Shown: one piece after another, positions 54,999 through 57,283 of the stretch
Position numbering within the stretch: position 1 is the stretch's first letter
Layout of the letters: each line of letters begins with the position of its first letter
Origin: Acidobacteriota bacterium
GTDB taxonomy: Bacteria > Acidobacteriota > Terriglobia > Acidiferrales > 2-02-FULL-67-57
Length of the DNA: 57,283 bases
Direction: 5' to 3'
Assembly: GCA_016210855.1 (NCBI GenBank)
Contig: JACQTJ010000098.1
Span: 1-57,283, forward strand
Translations under genes and position numbers: made by a program
The notes under the pieces: model-generated
Seen by the model: only the letters and a program-made list of their open reading frames with translations
Database searches by the model: none
Told to the model about the DNA's origin: nothing

Positions 54999-55775
54999 CT
55001 ATTTCAAGTTGCGGTTCTGCAGGATGAGGGCGCTCGCCGCCAGCACCAGACCGATGTAGAGGGCGGCGTAGGCGGTGTTCAGCCAGACGAGGGCGGCCGG
55101 GACAGGCTGGCCGTGGGCGACGCTCGAGATGACGTTGAAGTTGCGGAAGTTGGGGACTAGGTAATAGACGGCGTTGGTGACCAACCCAAGCCAGGGGATC
55201 TCAACGAAGCGGGTCAGCTCGCGGATGTCGTCGGCCAGGCTGCCGCCAATGAATAGTCCCAGGGTGAAGGCGGCCGAGAGCACCGGCGAGGAGAAGCTGG
55301 AGAATAGCAGGGCCAGGGCGGTAACCAGCAGCAGCTCGAGAAAGACAAAGTAGATGGCCACCAGCAGATAGGTGTCGGGCCCCGCCAAGCTGCGCTTGAC
55401 GTAGTACAGCGCCCCGTAGAAGCCCACGGTCATCAGGGCGATGTTGACGAACAGCGTCAGCCCCAGGCCGCAGAACTTTGCCAGGATGAACTCACTTCGC
55501 CGCACCGGCTTGGCGAACAACACATAGAGAGTGCGCTTGTCCATTTCCTTGTAGACCAGCCCGATGCCGATGAAGATAGCGATGGCCAGCCCGAAGAACG
55601 TCATCGCAGTCAACCCCAGGTTCACCACGATGAGCTCTTCGATCTGGATGGAGATCTGGCCAAAGAGGACGGCGGTTCCCATCAGCAACAGGGCGAAGAC
55701 AATCAGGTTGTAGAGGACGCGGTCGCGCACTGCTTCCCGGAACGTGTTCAGGGCGATGACCGCCACTCGCTGCAT
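54999..55775 (-). CDS. ABC-2 type transporter permease
   Basis: Six hydrophobic helices. N-terminal FREAVRDRVLY motif typical of NosY/GldF-like permeases. Confidence 0.8.
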   Translation of the reverse strand: MQRVAVIALNTFREAVRDRVLYNLIVFALLLMGTAVLFGQISIQIEELIVVNLGLTAMTFFGLAIAIFIGIGLVYKEMDKRTLYVLFAKPVRRSEFILAKFCGLGLTLFVNIALMTVGFYGALYYVKRSLAGPDTYLLVAIYFVFLELLLVTALALLFSSFSSPVLSAAFTLGLFIGGSLADDIRELTRFVEIPWLGLVTNAVYYLVPNFRNFNVISSVAHGQPVPAALVWLNTAYAALYIGLVLAASALILQNRNLK

Positions 55776-55778
55776 GGC

Positions 55779-56729
55779 CTAGAGCCTCTTGATGAGGTCA
55801 GGCACCTTTTCGGTGCCGAACTCCTGGAAGAAGTAGTCTTCCAGGGAGGGGCGCACCGGGTTCACGGCCACCAGGCGGCCCTGTTTCTGGCGGACGCACT
55901 CGATAACGGCGTAGAGCTTGTCGTCGGGGACGGTCAGGTTGAGCTTGTCGCCGGCGATGCGCACCCCGTCGGTGAGCCGGCGCAACTCTTCGACCAGTCC
56001 CGGGGAGGGCTGGGCCACCACCACCTCGCTGGCCTGCACCTTCATCTTCAGGATGTCGTCGAGTCCGCCCAAGCCATGGAGGCGGCCGCGGTTCAGGATG
56101 GCGACGCGGTCGCAGAGGGCCTCGACATCCGGAAGCACGTGCGTTGAGAAGCAGATGGTCTTGCCGGCGGCGTGCAGTTCCAGGATGAGGTCGCGGACCT
56201 CGCGGCGGCCGACGGCGTCCAGGCCCAGCATCGGCTCGTCGAGGAAGACCAGGTCGGGGTCGTTGATGATGGCCTGGGCGATGCCCACTCGCTGCAGCAT
56301 CCCGCGGGAAAAGTTGCGCAGGGCCACGTCGGCGGCTTCGACCAGACCCACCCGTTCGAGCAGCTCGCCGACACGACGCCGGCGCTCGCTGCGGGACTGG
56401 CCGAAGAGCTGCCCGCAGTAGTCGAGGAACTCCCGCGCGGTCAGGTAGTCGTAGAAGTAGGGGGACTCAGGGAGGAAACCGATGCGCTGGTGGGTCTCAA
56501 TGTTCTCGAAGGGCTGTCCGAGCAGCCGGGCGGTGCCGGCAGTGGGATAGATGAGGCGCATCAGCAGCTTGAGGGTGGTGCTCTTCCCGGCCCCGTTCGG
56601 GCCCAGCAGTCCGAAAACCTCGCCAGCTTGAACGGTGAGGTCCAAATGGTCCAGGGCGCGGCGGTAGCTCTTCCGCCAGAAGCCGCGGGGATAGTCCTTG
56701 GTGAGATTGATAATCTCAATTGCGACCAT
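55779..56729 (-). CDS. ABC transporter ATP-binding protein
   Basis: Walker A GPNGAGKST, signature FSRGMLQR and Walker B LVFLDEP. Confidence 0.92.
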   Translation of the reverse strand: MVAIEIINLTKDYPRGFWRKSYRRALDHLDLTVQAGEVFGLLGPNGAGKSTTLKLLMRLIYPTAGTARLLGQPFENIETHQRIGFLPESPYFYDYLTAREFLDYCGQLFGQSRSERRRRVGELLERVGLVEAADVALRNFSRGMLQRVGIAQAIINDPDLVFLDEPMLGLDAVGRREVRDLILELHAAGKTICFSTHVLPDVEALCDRVAILNRGRLHGLGGLDDILKMKVQASEVVVAQPSPGLVEELRRLTDGVRIAGDKLNLTVPDDKLYAVIECVRQKQGRLVAVNPVRPSLEDYFFQEFGTEKVPDLIKRL

Positions 56730-56795
56730 ACTCGGACACTTCCCTGGATTCTAGCCAAAAAAAGAGAACCCGCCAAGCGCTCCTGCCCAGGTCCG

Positions 56796-57283
56796 CTAGC
56801 GGCCCGGCTTGCCCTCCGGCCGGCCGCCAGGGGCGGTGCCCCTGTGCTCATCGAGCCACCGGGCCACCTGCTCCGGCTCGGTGAACTCGCCGCCCAAGAG
56901 CGCGAGAACCAGGTCGTGCGACAAGACGGTGTTGAACGGGGGCTCGTAGGTGACAGCCCGGGTCTGTCCCGGCAGGCGGAAAAGAAACGGGACGCGAGGG
57001 TCGCGCTTCCCGTCCAGGCTGACCGACCCGGGCCAGGCATGGTCCGAGGAGAGCAGAATCGCGGTTCGCTCCCAGAGGCTTGCCTCCTCCAGAGTTTGGC
57101 GCAGCTCGGCCAGGGTGCGGTCGACGAGAGCCAGGTTATCCAAATACCAGCCTTTGGACTGCCGGACGTCCCCGAACTCCCCGGTGCGGCGATCGTAGAT
57201 GGGGGGACCATGCGGCACGGGGACATGCACGAAAACCAGCCCGAGGGCGGCATCCCCGGCCATTTTGCGAGCGCTGGCGTGAA
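56796..57283 (-). CDS. sulfatase/alkaline-phosphatase-superfamily protein, C-terminal part (runs off the window end)
   Basis: LVFVHVPVPHGP and LLSSDHAWPG motifs. The frame stays open upstream of the track's Met to the window end. Confidence 0.6.
   Translation of the reverse strand, partial: HASARKMAGDAALGLVFVHVPVPHGPPIYDRRTGEFGDVRQSKGWYLDNLALVDRTLAELRQTLEEASLWERTAILLSSDHAWPGSVSLDGKRDPRVPFLFRLPGQTRAVTYEPPFNTVLSHDLVLALLGGEFTEPEQVARWLDEHRGTAPGGRPEGKPGR

Overview
High-GC (about two-thirds G+C by eye) chromosomal segment. It is densely packed, with about 58 protein genes, one tRNA-Ala(CGC), no rRNA, no CRISPR array and no recognisable integrase or transposase. Gene content and repeat types suggest an Acidobacteriota-like bacterium, but this is inference only.

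Most genes are housekeeping:
- Energy and stress: korAB-type 2-oxoacid:ferredoxin oxidoreductase, HtrA.
- Nucleotide, amino-acid and cofactor metabolism: truA, pyrE, hutH, aroB, ubiE, nadB, thrC.
- Export and envelope: tatAC, a Ctp protease, pilD, and a pilC-B-M-N-O type IV pilus-like assembly block.

The locus most worth follow-up is at 18.4-22.5 kb. A tightly coupled minus-strand operon encodes three proteins: a RadA/Rad51-like protein without a Walker A lysine, a 107-aa helical protein, and an archaeal-type family-B DNA polymerase. In the polymerase the three exonuclease motifs are degenerate and motif C reads IVD. The operon has a near-consensus promoter and faces a divergently transcribed, catalytically intact DEDDh (DnaQ-like) exonuclease. 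I do not recognise this combination as a described system.

Other notable items:
- An icmA/icmB (isobutyryl-CoA-mutase-type) cluster. It is followed by a truncated crotonase, two thiolase-fold proteins that both lack the nucleophilic Cys and the GHP His, and two DUF35 Zn-ribbon/OB proteins.
- A relic of a GxxExxY gene between the two mutase subunits.
- A 204-bp MITE-like insertion with 12-nt terminal inverted repeats and a perfect 8-bp target-site duplication.
- A compound palindromic repeat that supplies the polymerase stop codon.
- A 91-nt T-free purine tract.
- A giant double-ATPase activase plus dehydratase-like pair, co-oriented with korAB and a small 2Fe-2S-like protein.
- An 11-gene co-directional array joining an ABC-2 transporter, a TPR protein and a LolA-like protein to pilus assembly genes, with no secretin or major pilin.

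Many very long ORFs in the track are antisense shadows typical of high-GC DNA and were rejected.
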